From: an uncultured bacterium
GTDB lineage: Bacteria; Omnitrophota; Omnitrophia; Omnitrophales; Aquincolibacteriaceae
DNA length: 64,000 nt
Direction: 5' to 3'
Assembly (NCBI GenBank): GCA_964482725.1
Contig: CAYZYT010000003.1
Span: 49,252-113,251 of the forward strand
Below are positions 1 through 8,411 of this stretch, piece after piece (within the stretch, counting starts at the first letter, position 1; every line of letters starts with the position of its first letter). The notes under the pieces are model-generated. The model had not been told where the DNA came from. It worked only from the letters and a program-made list of their open reading frames with translations, and made no database searches. Position numbers and translations under genes: made by a program.

Positions 1-195
1 GAGCGATTCAAAGCCGGGGAGGGACATTCTCCGAAAGACTTTGTTATTTACACAAGCGTTGCTGACCCGGGGCAAGCGGATCGGGCCAAAAAATTGGGAT
101 ATAGATTCTTCTCAAAGCCGACAGACCTCGAAACCTTAGTGGAAGTCCTTAAGAAGATTTGTGTTCGGCACAAGCTCCTGCGGAAGAAGGTCTAG
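1..195 (+). CDS. Response regulator receiver domain protein, C-terminal fragment; the gene starts upstream of the window
   Basis: The in-frame translation from base 1 (...FVIYTSVADPGQADRAKKLGYRFFSKPTDLETLVEVLKKI...) ends at a TAG at 193-195. The F/Y-x-x-KP motif and following helix are typical of the alpha4-beta5-alpha5 region of REC domains. Confidence 0.4.
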   Translation, partial: ERFKAGEGHSPKDFVIYTSVADPGQADRAKKLGYRFFSKPTDLETLVEVLKKICVRHKLLRKKV

Positions 196-830
196 AAAAG
201 AGCGGGAGAAGTTACGATGAAGAGTTTCGCCTCAATAGAATCGATGTTCTTGAGCTTGTGCGGAACTCCGGCGTCGAAATAAACTGATTCGTTGGAATGG
301 ATTTCCCTCTTTTGGTCCCCGTACGTCATTTCGAGCGTCCCTGACTCCACAAAGATCGCCACGCTTGAATTATCCCGGAACTGCCACTTCCTGATCTCCT
401 TGAACGGTTTGATCGTCATCCTGCCAAAGAAGAAATCCCGCTGGCTTTTCGATTGAGGGCTTAAGGTCTGGATTGTGAACCCATGTTGGGGATAATCAAT
501 GAATCCGCGCTCTCCATAACCGCACACGAAAAAGTTCCCGGGGTTCTCTGCCATAGCCCGCGTGGCGAGTTCAGCCAGTGATATTCCGAAAGCGTCCGAG
601 ATCATCACAAGTTTGTCTGACGACGGGTCTCGGACCCGTCCGGCGATGATGTTGTGAAGATTTTTCTCATTAATGCCGGTTTTCTTAGCGAGCCAGCTGA
701 CGGGCAGGGGGTGCTCGGAATCGGATTTGTGAATAAGAAGGGACTTAATGGCTTTGCCCCAATGTGGAGCCCGGACTGGGCGCTTGCCCTTATTCTGTTC
801 CTTCAGGTCTTTTCCAATCTCGTCGTACAT
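192..830 (-). CDS. XRE-family helix-turn-helix plus C-terminal cupin domain transcriptional regulator
   Basis: 212 aa. The N-terminal HTH_3-like segment reads SWLAKKTGINEKNLHNIIAGRVRDPSSDKLVMISDAFGISLAEL, and the C-terminal half (VAIFVESGTLEMTYGDQ...VYFDAGVPHK) looks like a small beta-barrel cupin. Confidence 0.7.
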   Translation of the reverse strand: MYDEIGKDLKEQNKGKRPVRAPHWGKAIKSLLIHKSDSEHPLPVSWLAKKTGINEKNLHNIIAGRVRDPSSDKLVMISDAFGISLAELATRAMAENPGNFFVCGYGERGFIDYPQHGFTIQTLSPQSKSQRDFFFGRMTIKPFKEIRKWQFRDNSSVAIFVESGTLEMTYGDQKREIHSNESVYFDAGVPHKLKNIDSIEAKLFIVTSPALF

Positions 831-1006
831 AGCCGCTCCTCCGGAGTGTTTTTTAAACGATCTAATAAGTTCGTTTATCTATATTGAAGCATAACATGCC
901 ACTTAATGTTTTGCAAGGTGACCAAAAGTAGCTTTTAAAGCACTTTTAGTCTAGCTCTTGTCTCTACAGCATGGAAATGTTAAGCATCTGAGTAGAGGAC
1001 AATGAA

Positions 1007-1438
1007 ATGCTGAAGCATCCAGTGGTGGTAGACAACCAGGAGCAGGGAAAAGGCCCCCGGCCTTACGGGCCGCAGGGCCCGGAGGGGACGGCAATCCCGG
1101 ATCTTCAGGAGCGGAATTTTGTTATGGATGAGCGTAAGATCAGCCAGTTGTTCACGGGCTACTTCAATAACAAAATGACGCTCCTGCTTTTCCTTATCCA
1201 GGCCAAGAGAGTAAAACCGAGTCCTGTGCTGGTCGGAACGGTCCATAGCTTTTTGGATGACATGTTCCGACACATGTTTGAGGGAAGCTTGCAAAAGCGG
1301 TACAGGCGTATATTCAAGTGGCTGAAACTGTTTTTCGGGAAACTGCCGGATGTCAGCGTCTATCAGAGGGATCGAGCGAAGGAATTTATCCGGGCGATCT
1401 ATGATGCGTTCGGGCTGCATCTTAAAGACGATGTTTGA
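1007..1438 (+). CDS. Hypothetical protein (143 aa)
   Basis: An AGAGGA RBS sits 7 nt upstream, and third-codon positions are GC-biased like neighbouring genes. It is the first of three closely spaced + strand ORFs. The strand is uncertain: a 146-aa ORF lies on the opposite strand at 980..1420, and an internal start at 1126 is possible. Confidence 0.3.
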   Translation: MLKHPVVVDNQEQGKGPRPYGPQGPEGTAIPDLQERNFVMDERKISQLFTGYFNNKMTLLLFLIQAKRVKPSPVLVGTVHSFLDDMFRHMFEGSLQKRYRRIFKWLKLFFGKLPDVSVYQRDRAKEFIRAIYDAFGLHLKDDV

Positions 1439-1452
1439 CAGGAGGATGACAA

Positions 1453-1577
1453 TGAAGAAGAAATGGGTTCGCAGGATCGCAAGAAAATGTGCTGCGTTTT
1501 ACCGCGGGTTCACTTGTTACCGTAAATATGTTCGGAGGGTCGAACTTGAACTCGGTAGCAAGCTGGAAGCGTGTTAA
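1453..1577 (+). CDS. Small, very basic hypothetical peptide (41 aa; MKKKWVRRIARKCAAFYRGFTCYRKYVRRVELELGSKLEAC)
   Basis: A strong AGGAGG RBS at 1441-1446 with 6-nt spacing precedes the ATG at 1453. The ORF starts right after the 1007..1438 stop and ends just before the ORF at 1590. Confidence 0.25.
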
Positions 1578-1589
1578 TGGGAAAGCTCT

Positions 1590-1913
1590 ATGGAGACCCG
1601 TGAGCTGTCACTGGAAATAAAAAAGATACCGGAAGGCCATTTGCGTTGCCTTATCAAGGCCATCGACCGGACCCATCAACTCTTGGCTCAGGAAGGAGCC
1701 TTGCAGGATTATGACCAGATCCATTCAGCGAAGTCGATCCTGTATGCCGCCATCGAGCAAATGGGCTTGCGAGGGGAGCGGATCTTTACGGCCCAGCGCA
1801 TGCTCCGCGAGCTTCTCTCTATTGTGACCACCCAATATCAATCTCCCGGCTACGACAAACAGGTCGGTCTCCAGATCCTTGCCGAGCTTAAAAATAGAAC
1901 CGAGGCATTATAA
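1590..1913 (+). CDS. Hypothetical protein (107 aa)
   Basis: An ORF with a GGGAAAG RBS-like motif upstream, third in the + strand trio, followed by a weak hairpin plus T-rich tract at about 1933-1975. I recognised no domain. Confidence 0.4.
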   Translation: METRELSLEIKKIPEGHLRCLIKAIDRTHQLLAQEGALQDYDQIHSAKSILYAAIEQMGLRGERIFTAQRMLRELLSIVTTQYQSPGYDKQVGLQILAELKNRTEAL

Positions 1914-2364
1914 GTTGCAGACAAAAGGCTTATGGCCGAGCCACTGCGGCCCTTTCTTCTTTCCATTCGGCTTCGAGATATTTTGCTTAGACTTTGACTA
2001 ATTTCTAGACTAGAGTTAGCCATTCTCTTTCCGGTAGAAATCATGTGTGCTGGGAAAAACAGTGTAGGGGAGGAAATTCCTTAAAGGGGGTTGTTCTGGG
2101 AATGCCGTCTGCTTAGGCCCTATTGGGAAGCGTCAAGAAAAAGGCGAGCACAGCGAGTTCTGCTAAGAACACGGTAACGAGCACGGCCAGTTCAGCCAAG
2201 AATACGGCGTCCAGCGCCGTCAAAAGAGTTAAGGCCGGGGAGATCAGCAAGCCAAAGTCATGGTGGGCCAGTTATCAGAGGTGTTTTCAAAAATCACGGA
2301 GTAGAGGCGTAACGTCTTTGTTAGAAGCATAGCTGCCGGCGCCTTCTCGCGCCAGGGGAACAGG

Positions 2365-3114
2365 ATGTCGCGGATGAAAAAGGCGGGTTTCCAATACATT
2401 GATAAACCGGACATAGCGCTCTCAGGGATCAAAAAAATCGTGCTGCTGGGGGATCCGGGATGCACCCGGTTTTCCGAAGACAGCCGAAAGATCTTCGGGC
2501 AGATCCTGGATCAAGAGGCGGATCTTTTTTTTATTTTGGGCGATCTCGTTTTCTCGGATGCTGAAGATGAGTTTCGCGAGCTGATCGCTTTTTGCGACTC
2601 CCGGGTCAAAGTGCCGGTCTTTGCTCTCCGCGGGAACCATGATCTTTCTCACTACGCCAAGTTTTTCGGCCGCAGGTCTTACGCGCTCGTATTAAATCAG
2701 CTCGTTTGTTTCTTTCTGTGTGATGCTACGGGACATTTTCTTTCGGAGGATCTCGACCTTTTGCGAGAAGAGCTTGAAAAACACAAAGAGAAGAACTTCC
2801 TCTTGCTGATGCACATTCCTCCTCCGACCCATGTGGACCGACGGGGTTTAAGGAAAGAAGATTGGGAAAAACTTAAAACAACCCTGGAGCCTTTTCGAGA
2901 GAGGATCAAACATATTTTTTGTGGCCACATTCATGGATTTCACGAGTATGAGATCGACGGCTATCCGGTCACGATCACGGCCGGCGGTGGGGCTGCTTTG
3001 CTCCATGAATTATTGCCGCCCGGGAAGAAGCTTCATCACTCCATCGCTCTTTCCATCCATCCAGACGGTTCTTTTAGAACGGAGTTTATCCCTGTCGGCG
3101 CGGGAGTTGTTTGA
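2365..3114 (+). CDS. Metallophosphoesterase (calcineurin-like phosphoesterase)
   Basis: It carries the canonical motif series GDPGCT...GDLVFSD...LRGNHD...GHIHGFHEY of the metallophosphoesterase superfamily. Confidence 0.8.
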   Translation: MSRMKKAGFQYIDKPDIALSGIKKIVLLGDPGCTRFSEDSRKIFGQILDQEADLFFILGDLVFSDAEDEFRELIAFCDSRVKVPVFALRGNHDLSHYAKFFGRRSYALVLNQLVCFFLCDATGHFLSEDLDLLREELEKHKEKNFLLLMHIPPPTHVDRRGLRKEDWEKLKTTLEPFRERIKHIFCGHIHGFHEYEIDGYPVTITAGGGAALLHELLPPGKKLHHSIALSIHPDGSFRTEFIPVGAGVV

Positions 3115-3201
3115 GTCTATTTCGGGTCCTATGCCAAGATCAGGCTGGTGGGGGACTCTCCGTATGAATATAATGCCTGCAATATTCGAGGAGGTTTTTC
3201 C

Positions 3202-3897
3202 ATGCCTATCATTCAAGTTGAACAACACCGGGTGCATCGGATTGGCTGGTTGCGTGCCGCAGTTTTAGGCGCCAATGATGGCATCATTTCGACGGCGAGC
3301 CTGCTCGTGGGGATTGCTGCGGCGCATGCGTCTCGGGAAGTAGTATTGACGGCCGGGGTGGCGGGTTTAGTGGCAGGAGCGATGTCCATGGCAGCCGGCG
3401 AGTATGTGTCGGTCAGTTCGCAAGCCGATACCGAGCGGGCCGACCTTGAGCGCGAGCGTAAGGAACTCGAGGAAGACGATGCCGGTGAGCGCAAGGAATT
3501 GGCAGCCATCTACGTAGACCGGGGTCTGGATGCGTTGCTCGCCAAGCAGGTCGCGGATCAGTTGATGGCCCATGATGCCTTGGGGGCACACGCCCGGGAT
3601 GAGCTTGGCATTTCCGTCCACTTGAAGGCGCGCCCCGTTCAGGCGGCGTTGGCATCGGGAGCGACTTTCTCTGTCGGAGCCGCGCTGCCGCTTCTTACGG
3701 TCATTGTAGCGCCGGAAACGGGATTAGTGCCTATCGTTTTTGGAACCTCACTTTTTTTTCTTGCGGGGTTGGGTACTTTGGCAGCGGTGACCGGGGGAGC
3801 GCCCGTCATGAAAGCGGCTGTTCGAGTCACTTTCTGGGGAGTGCTTGCCATGGGGTTGACCGCCGCGGTGGGCGCGTTGTTTGGAACGGTCGTGTGA
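3202..3897 (+). CDS. VIT1/CCC1 family iron/manganese transporter
   Basis: It has the signature LGANDGIISTASLLVGIAAA, the acidic cytoplasmic loop ERADLERERKELEEDDAGERKELAAIY, and C-terminal TM helices. A GAGGAGG RBS precedes the ATG at 3202 (the six-frame ORF starts earlier, at 3148). The gene is clearly more GC-rich than its surroundings. Confidence 0.8.
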   Translation: MPIIQVEQHRVHRIGWLRAAVLGANDGIISTASLLVGIAAAHASREVVLTAGVAGLVAGAMSMAAGEYVSVSSQADTERADLERERKELEEDDAGERKELAAIYVDRGLDALLAKQVADQLMAHDALGAHARDELGISVHLKARPVQAALASGATFSVGAALPLLTVIVAPETGLVPIVFGTSLFFLAGLGTLAAVTGGAPVMKAAVRVTFWGVLAMGLTAAVGALFGTVV

Positions 3898-4113
3898 TTC
3901 TTTTTAGGGGGCATTCCGGCATTCCAAGAGCTCAGGATTTACGTCCTGGGCTTTTTTGTTTCACAAAGAGGCCGGTGGCAGGGTAGTATATGCGCACGCG
4001 AGTCGATCTTTTGCATCGGAGACTTCTATGGTCGAGAAAGAGTTCTGTTTTTTTGAAGATCCGGAGTGTGTCACGCCCTACGTCCTGGACCTTTCTCCCC
4101 GTGGGTTTGTGAG

Positions 4114-4989
4114 ATGAAAAATCCCTTCGAAGAACCCATCCATGATTTGCTCATCCGGGGACGCATTACGGAAGCGACCGCTGAAATTTTGATGCGTCAT
4201 TACGCCAAACAGCCCGATCACTTCAAGGAAGAAATGGCCGCGGCTCCGGAGGATGTGAATCTTGCGCATCTTATGAGGCTCATCGATCTTCTGGAAAAGA
4301 AGAATGAAATGCGGAAAGACGCTGATCCTCCGCAAAATCCAGTTTCTCCTGCTGAGAATTCTCCGGAGATCCCCAAGCCGGTATCTTGTGCGGGAGAGGT
4401 GGAAGCCTCTGGGACGACGGACACCCCGCGAGTGGAGCCTGAGCAGGCGGAGCTGGAGACCCGACTTGCAGAAGTGAAAAGGAAATGCGATGCGCTCGAG
4501 GTCGAACTTGCGGCTGAAAAAGAATTCCGGCGGGAATTTGAAAAGAGAGCTTTTGATTACGCGAAAAAATATGCTGATGCGGAAGAGGAGCGAAGACTCG
4601 CCCGGACCGCTGAGGAAAACAAGAGGAAAACGCTCGAAGAAGAGCATCGTCAGCTTCTTGAAGAGGTCCGCCGGATGCGTGAGGGAGAGAAGCCGGGTCT
4701 GGAGAAAGCTCAGGAGGGGCCTTCTTCGGATCTTGTGGCCCTGGGCCAAGAGAGGGAGCGTCTCGCCAAAGCCCTTGAGGGAAGCCATGAGGAAAAGGAT
4801 AAGGCTCTTGCGCGGATCAAAGAATTAGAAGAGAGCTCGGGGCGCATGGAAATGCTGAAGAATCGCTGTTCTGACCTTGAAGAAGAGTTGAAGAAAGAGA
4901 AGGAAATGCGCGCGAAGATCCAAACTCAGTTCCAAGGTCTTGAAAAAACCTTGCTGGATCTCGAGCGGCAAATAAACGCATTGTCTTAA
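4114..4989 (+). CDS. Coiled-coil protein, E/K/R-rich, function unknown
   Basis: Long heptad-like charged repeats (EVELAAEKEFRREFEKRAF..., LEEELKKEKEMRAKIQ) suggest a coiled coil. The start was chosen at MKNPFEE, although the ORF opens at 4066. Confidence 0.45.
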   Translation: MKNPFEEPIHDLLIRGRITEATAEILMRHYAKQPDHFKEEMAAAPEDVNLAHLMRLIDLLEKKNEMRKDADPPQNPVSPAENSPEIPKPVSCAGEVEASGTTDTPRVEPEQAELETRLAEVKRKCDALEVELAAEKEFRREFEKRAFDYAKKYADAEEERRLARTAEENKRKTLEEEHRQLLEEVRRMREGEKPGLEKAQEGPSSDLVALGQERERLAKALEGSHEEKDKALARIKELEESSGRMEMLKNRCSDLEEELKKEKEMRAKIQTQFQGLEKTLLDLERQINALS

Positions 4990-5052
4990 GTTCTGGTAAG
5001 CCCGACAACCTTTCCGGAGCTTTTTTTATTCTCAGGAGTCTAAAAATACACC

Positions 5053-6615
5053 ATGTTTAAAAGTTTTGCGGCCCGTCTTTCGATCGTTTTTTTTCTCTCG
5101 AGCGCCCTCGTGCTTGTGGGCATTTTTACTTTCTTCTACTTCAAGGCAACGAAACTCCGCGACGATGCCTTCAAACAATATCTCGAGCATTTTACCCAGG
5201 TCAGCGCCAATCTGATCCCGGGCGAAGACATCCAGTCGATCTCGCTTATGCCCGGTTGCGAAAAATCTCCTGACGGTTTGGCCTTGATCAAGAAACTCCA
5301 GAGCATTCGAGCGGTTGATCGGGATATCTTTGACACGTACATTATGGTGGCGGACCCGGATCCGAATTATGTCCGTTTTGTGACGAACGCCGATCGGGAT
5401 CGGACGCCGGTGGGTTGCGGGGAGCGCTATGACATCCGCAAGAATCCGGAGATTCGGATGGGATTCCAAAAGTCCCATGCGAATCTGAAGACCGAGACGG
5501 ACCGGTGGGGCACTTGGGTCTCATCGTTTGCTCCTGTGAAGACCCGGTCGGGAAACACTGTCGGGATCATCGGTATGGATATTGCCGAGCAGACGGTTCT
5601 TGAGATCCGGCAGGAATTTTTTAGCCGCTTTATGATCGCGATCGCAGCTTGTCTTGTTTTTTCGCTCATCGTCGGTCTTTTAAGCTCGCTGTGGCTTACA
5701 AGACCGATCCGGCGGGTGGTCAAGGGGATGGAAACGGTGGGGGGCGGTGATCTCGAACACAAACTGGAGCGTTTTACCGAGACCGAATTCGATCGTATGT
5801 CCTGGATCTTCAACGAAATGACAGGATCTCTCAAACGCATGATGATTGAGCTCGCAAAGACGGTGCGCGAGCATGAAAGCGTGCGGCGTGAGCTCGAGAT
5901 CGCAACCGAGATCCAGCAGTCGATCTTTCCGAAACATCCTCCCGAGATCGAAGGCTTAGAGATCGAGGCCAAAAGCGTTCCGGCTAAAGAGGTGGGCGGG
6001 GATTATTATGATTTTATTCCGGCCTGTTCCGGCGATCAGACAGGCTTTATTATCGCGGATGCTTCCGGAAAAGGACTTCCCGGGACTCTTTACATGACCC
6101 GTTCCCGGAGCGTTTTCAGAGTGGTCTCTTCAGAAGAGATGCACCCCGGAGCGATCTTGAGCCGTTCGAACAATTATATCGCGGCCGATGCTTCTTCGGG
6201 GAAGGGGATGTTCATCACGGTCCTCTATCTGCTTTATGATGAAAAGAACAAACAGATGACCTGTGCTAATGCGGGCCATTATCCTCCCTTGTGGTTTAAA
6301 GCTAAAGAAAAGGTCTTTGCCGAGATCACCGCGAGCGGGGTTCCTGTGGGGATCCTGCCCGAACAAACTTATCAGGAAGAGACGATCCAGCTTGCGTCAG
6401 AAGACCTTCTCGTTCTATACACGGATGGAGTGATCGAGGCCAAAGCGGGTCACGGCGAAATGTTTGGGATTGAGAGGCTCAAGCGAGTGGTTGCAGAGAA
6501 CCGTTCCCTTAGCGCTCATGATCTTTTCATAAAGATCGAGTCCGCGATCAAAGAATTTATCGGTGAGGCCCCGCCCTTTGACGATATGACCCTCATTGTC
6601 ATCCGGGTCAAGTAA
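5053..6615 (+). CDS. Membrane sensor with periplasmic domain, HAMP domain and PP2C-type (SpoIIE/RsbU-like) serine phosphatase domain
   Basis: The layout is TM1, a periplasmic region of about 150 aa, TM2, a HAMP-like segment (RPIRRVVKGMETVGGGDLEHKLE), then a PP2C domain (GGDYYDF...IADASGKG...DDMTLIVIRV). Confidence 0.85.
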   Translation: MFKSFAARLSIVFFLSSALVLVGIFTFFYFKATKLRDDAFKQYLEHFTQVSANLIPGEDIQSISLMPGCEKSPDGLALIKKLQSIRAVDRDIFDTYIMVADPDPNYVRFVTNADRDRTPVGCGERYDIRKNPEIRMGFQKSHANLKTETDRWGTWVSSFAPVKTRSGNTVGIIGMDIAEQTVLEIRQEFFSRFMIAIAACLVFSLIVGLLSSLWLTRPIRRVVKGMETVGGGDLEHKLERFTETEFDRMSWIFNEMTGSLKRMMIELAKTVREHESVRRELEIATEIQQSIFPKHPPEIEGLEIEAKSVPAKEVGGDYYDFIPACSGDQTGFIIADASGKGLPGTLYMTRSRSVFRVVSSEEMHPGAILSRSNNYIAADASSGKGMFITVLYLLYDEKNKQMTCANAGHYPPLWFKAKEKVFAEITASGVPVGILPEQTYQEETIQLASEDLLVLYTDGVIEAKAGHGEMFGIERLKRVVAENRSLSAHDLFIKIESAIKEFIGEAPPFDDMTLIVIRVK

Positions 6616-6761
6616 TCTCCTCGGATTTTCAGGGATGGATACATGCTTTCCCCCTTGTAATTAAAGGACTTATGAATATCCTTGTCTGTAATTTGATTTT
6701 CTAATGGTCGACAAGGACAACCCTGACTTTTGTTTTCTTTTTCTGAAAGGTAGTTAGGGCC

Positions 6762-6845
6762 GCCCCAATCGAAGCTTTACTTCGATTGATAGGTATTGGG
6801 ACTGCCCCAATTTCAACTTTGTTGAAATTGATGAGTATTGGGACT
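6762..6845 (+). repeat. Tandem 2 x 42-nt unit, each holding a 9-bp-stem/5-nt-loop hairpin with conserved flanks (GCCCCAAT ... ATTGAT ... GTATTGGGACT); the stems covary between the two units
   Basis: Unit 1 is caatCGAAGctttaCTTCGattg and unit 2 is caatTTCAActttgTTGAAattg. The stem sequences differ but pairing is kept. The repeat lies 60 nt upstream of the efflux operon. Confidence 0.5.
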
Positions 6846-6850
6846 AGTAT
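6822..6850 (+). promoter_or_regulatory. Sigma70-like promoter candidate for the efflux operon: TTGAAA, 17-nt spacer, TAGTAT
   Basis: The -35 box at 6822-6827 lies inside the second hairpin and the -10 box at 6845-6850, with a 17-nt spacer. The first downstream gene starts at 6905. Confidence 0.35.
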
Positions 6851-6904
6851 GTTCGAAAGCCCTTTGCTATTCATCAACCCGAGGCCGCGTTTTTAAGATA
6901 ACCG

Positions 6905-8386
6905 ATGCTCAAAACGAATAGATCCTGCGGCTCGTGGCTTCTTCTCTCGCTCTTATCGCCTCTTTTAATCTCTTTTGTCGGCTGCCGGACATTGGAAGTT
7001 CCCGCGAAATCGGACGATATGTGGGCGCCCCCACAGTGGTACGCCCAGTCTAAGAAACCTGAGACGGTCCTTACGGCAGTGCAAGGGAGGAAACCGAGCA
7101 TCGAACAACCCATGAGACTTGTGGAACTGGTCGGCCTTGCTTTGGAGAACAATCCCTCGACCAAGCAGGCATGGTACCAAGCTCTTTCAGCCAAAGCCAA
7201 AGTGGGGGAAGCTCAGAGTGCTTGGTATCCCACCGTGACCGTCGCGCAGAATTTTGACACCACGCATACGGTTTCCCATCGTCCCCTTCAAAGTCTGAAT
7301 CAAGGAGACATCGGCGCCAATATGAAACTGGCCTATATGCTGGTTGATTTTGGAGGCCGGAGCGCGAAGGTGGAACAGGCCTTTCAGACATTGCTCTCGA
7401 CCAATTTTCAATTCAATCAAACTTTCCAGAACCTCCTGCTGAACGTGTCTTCCGCTTACTTTAATTTTTTCAGCACGACGGCGTTACTTGAAGCTGCCCA
7501 TATGGACGTCAAGGATGCTAAGGCGGCGCTCGATGCGACTAGTGCGAAATTTTCTGCCGGGATCCAGGCGAAGGTGGACGTGCTTCAGGCTACCGCCAGT
7601 TATCAGAAGATGCTCTATGAATTGGAGTCCGCCAAGGGAAATCTTAAGACCGCGGAAGGAGATCTCGCGAGGGTGTTGGGTTTCCCGGCGGGGACTCCGC
7701 TCAACATCATGCTTCCTGAAAAAGATGTGGAATTTAAGGTGGGGACAAGGGAAGTGGGGCAATTGATCGAGGAAGGTTTGGCCAAGCGCCCCGATATTGC
7801 CGCGGAACGTGCCAGCCTGGCCGCCAAGATCGCCGCGATCAAGGCCGCTCGGTCGGATCTCTGGCCGACCTTGAACGCTCAAACGACGGGAGCAAACGAT
7901 TGGTACAAATATTTTGGCCGCCATGGTTTGGACTATGAAACGCAGCACACGTACGGTTATACGGCCGGCGTGAGCGTTGATTGGCCTATTTTTGAAGGGT
8001 TTGATACGGTTTCCAAGATCAAGGTCGCCCAAGCTGATGCGGATGCCGAGTTCGAGAATTTGCGTCAGAAAGAGCTGAGTGCCACGGCGGATGTTTGGGA
8101 TGCCTATTATAACTTTGTGACGGCGACCCAAAAGCTCGAGGCCAGCAAAGCCTACCTGGATGCTTCGCAAGGTTCGTACGATCTTTCCATGGACGGGTAC
8201 AAGTCAGGTCTGAAAAGCATCCTGGATGTTTTAAACGCGGAATCGGATCTTTCCGACGCCCGCAGCCAGGTGATCAAATCGCGGAAGGAACTTTACACCA
8301 GCTTTGCTCAGGTGGCCTATGCCACCGGTACGATCAACGAGAGAACGGATGCTGCCCGGGCCGAGCAGGGCACGGTCGAGCTCTAA
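6905..8386 (+). CDS. TolC-like outer membrane efflux protein (OMF)
   Basis: 493 aa with a lipoprotein-type signal (LLISFVGC). The two-repeat OEP architecture is typical (YQALSAKAKVGEAQSAWYPT..., second repeat SDLWPTLNA...). It sits first in an operon with an MFP and an RND pump. Confidence 0.75.
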   Translation: MLKTNRSCGSWLLLSLLSPLLISFVGCRTLEVPAKSDDMWAPPQWYAQSKKPETVLTAVQGRKPSIEQPMRLVELVGLALENNPSTKQAWYQALSAKAKVGEAQSAWYPTVTVAQNFDTTHTVSHRPLQSLNQGDIGANMKLAYMLVDFGGRSAKVEQAFQTLLSTNFQFNQTFQNLLLNVSSAYFNFFSTTALLEAAHMDVKDAKAALDATSAKFSAGIQAKVDVLQATASYQKMLYELESAKGNLKTAEGDLARVLGFPAGTPLNIMLPEKDVEFKVGTREVGQLIEEGLAKRPDIAAERASLAAKIAAIKAARSDLWPTLNAQTTGANDWYKYFGRHGLDYETQHTYGYTAGVSVDWPIFEGFDTVSKIKVAQADADAEFENLRQKELSATADVWDAYYNFVTATQKLEASKAYLDASQGSYDLSMDGYKSGLKSILDVLNAESDLSDARSQVIKSRKELYTSFAQVAYATGTINERTDAARAEQGTVEL

Positions 8387-8411
8387 ATGAGAAGATAGGA
8401 GAATTGAGAAG

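Noticed and set aside
980-1420. A 146-aa minus-strand ORF overlapping the 1007-1438 + ORF
   Set aside because: There is no RBS (tttaagATG), and its C-terminus is R/P/L-rich as expected from antisense of GC-rich codons. The + strand alternative has an RBS and fits a three-gene operon. The call is still not certain.
2123-2332. A 69-aa ORF with an internal ~33-nt tandem duplication (STASSAKNTVT / STASSAKNTAS)
   Set aside because: It has a TTG start with no RBS and a low-complexity product, and it sits in a 450-nt promoter or leader region. It is likely non-coding, although the imperfect direct repeat itself is real.
3213-3914. Four overlapping 80-100-aa minus-strand ORFs inside the VIT gene
   Set aside because: They are a consequence of the gene's high GC content. 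The VIT reading frame has strong family motifs.
4078-4788. A 236-aa minus-strand ORF opposite the coiled-coil protein gene
   Set aside because: Repetitive charged codons, as here, are prone to producing open antisense frames. There is no independent support for it.
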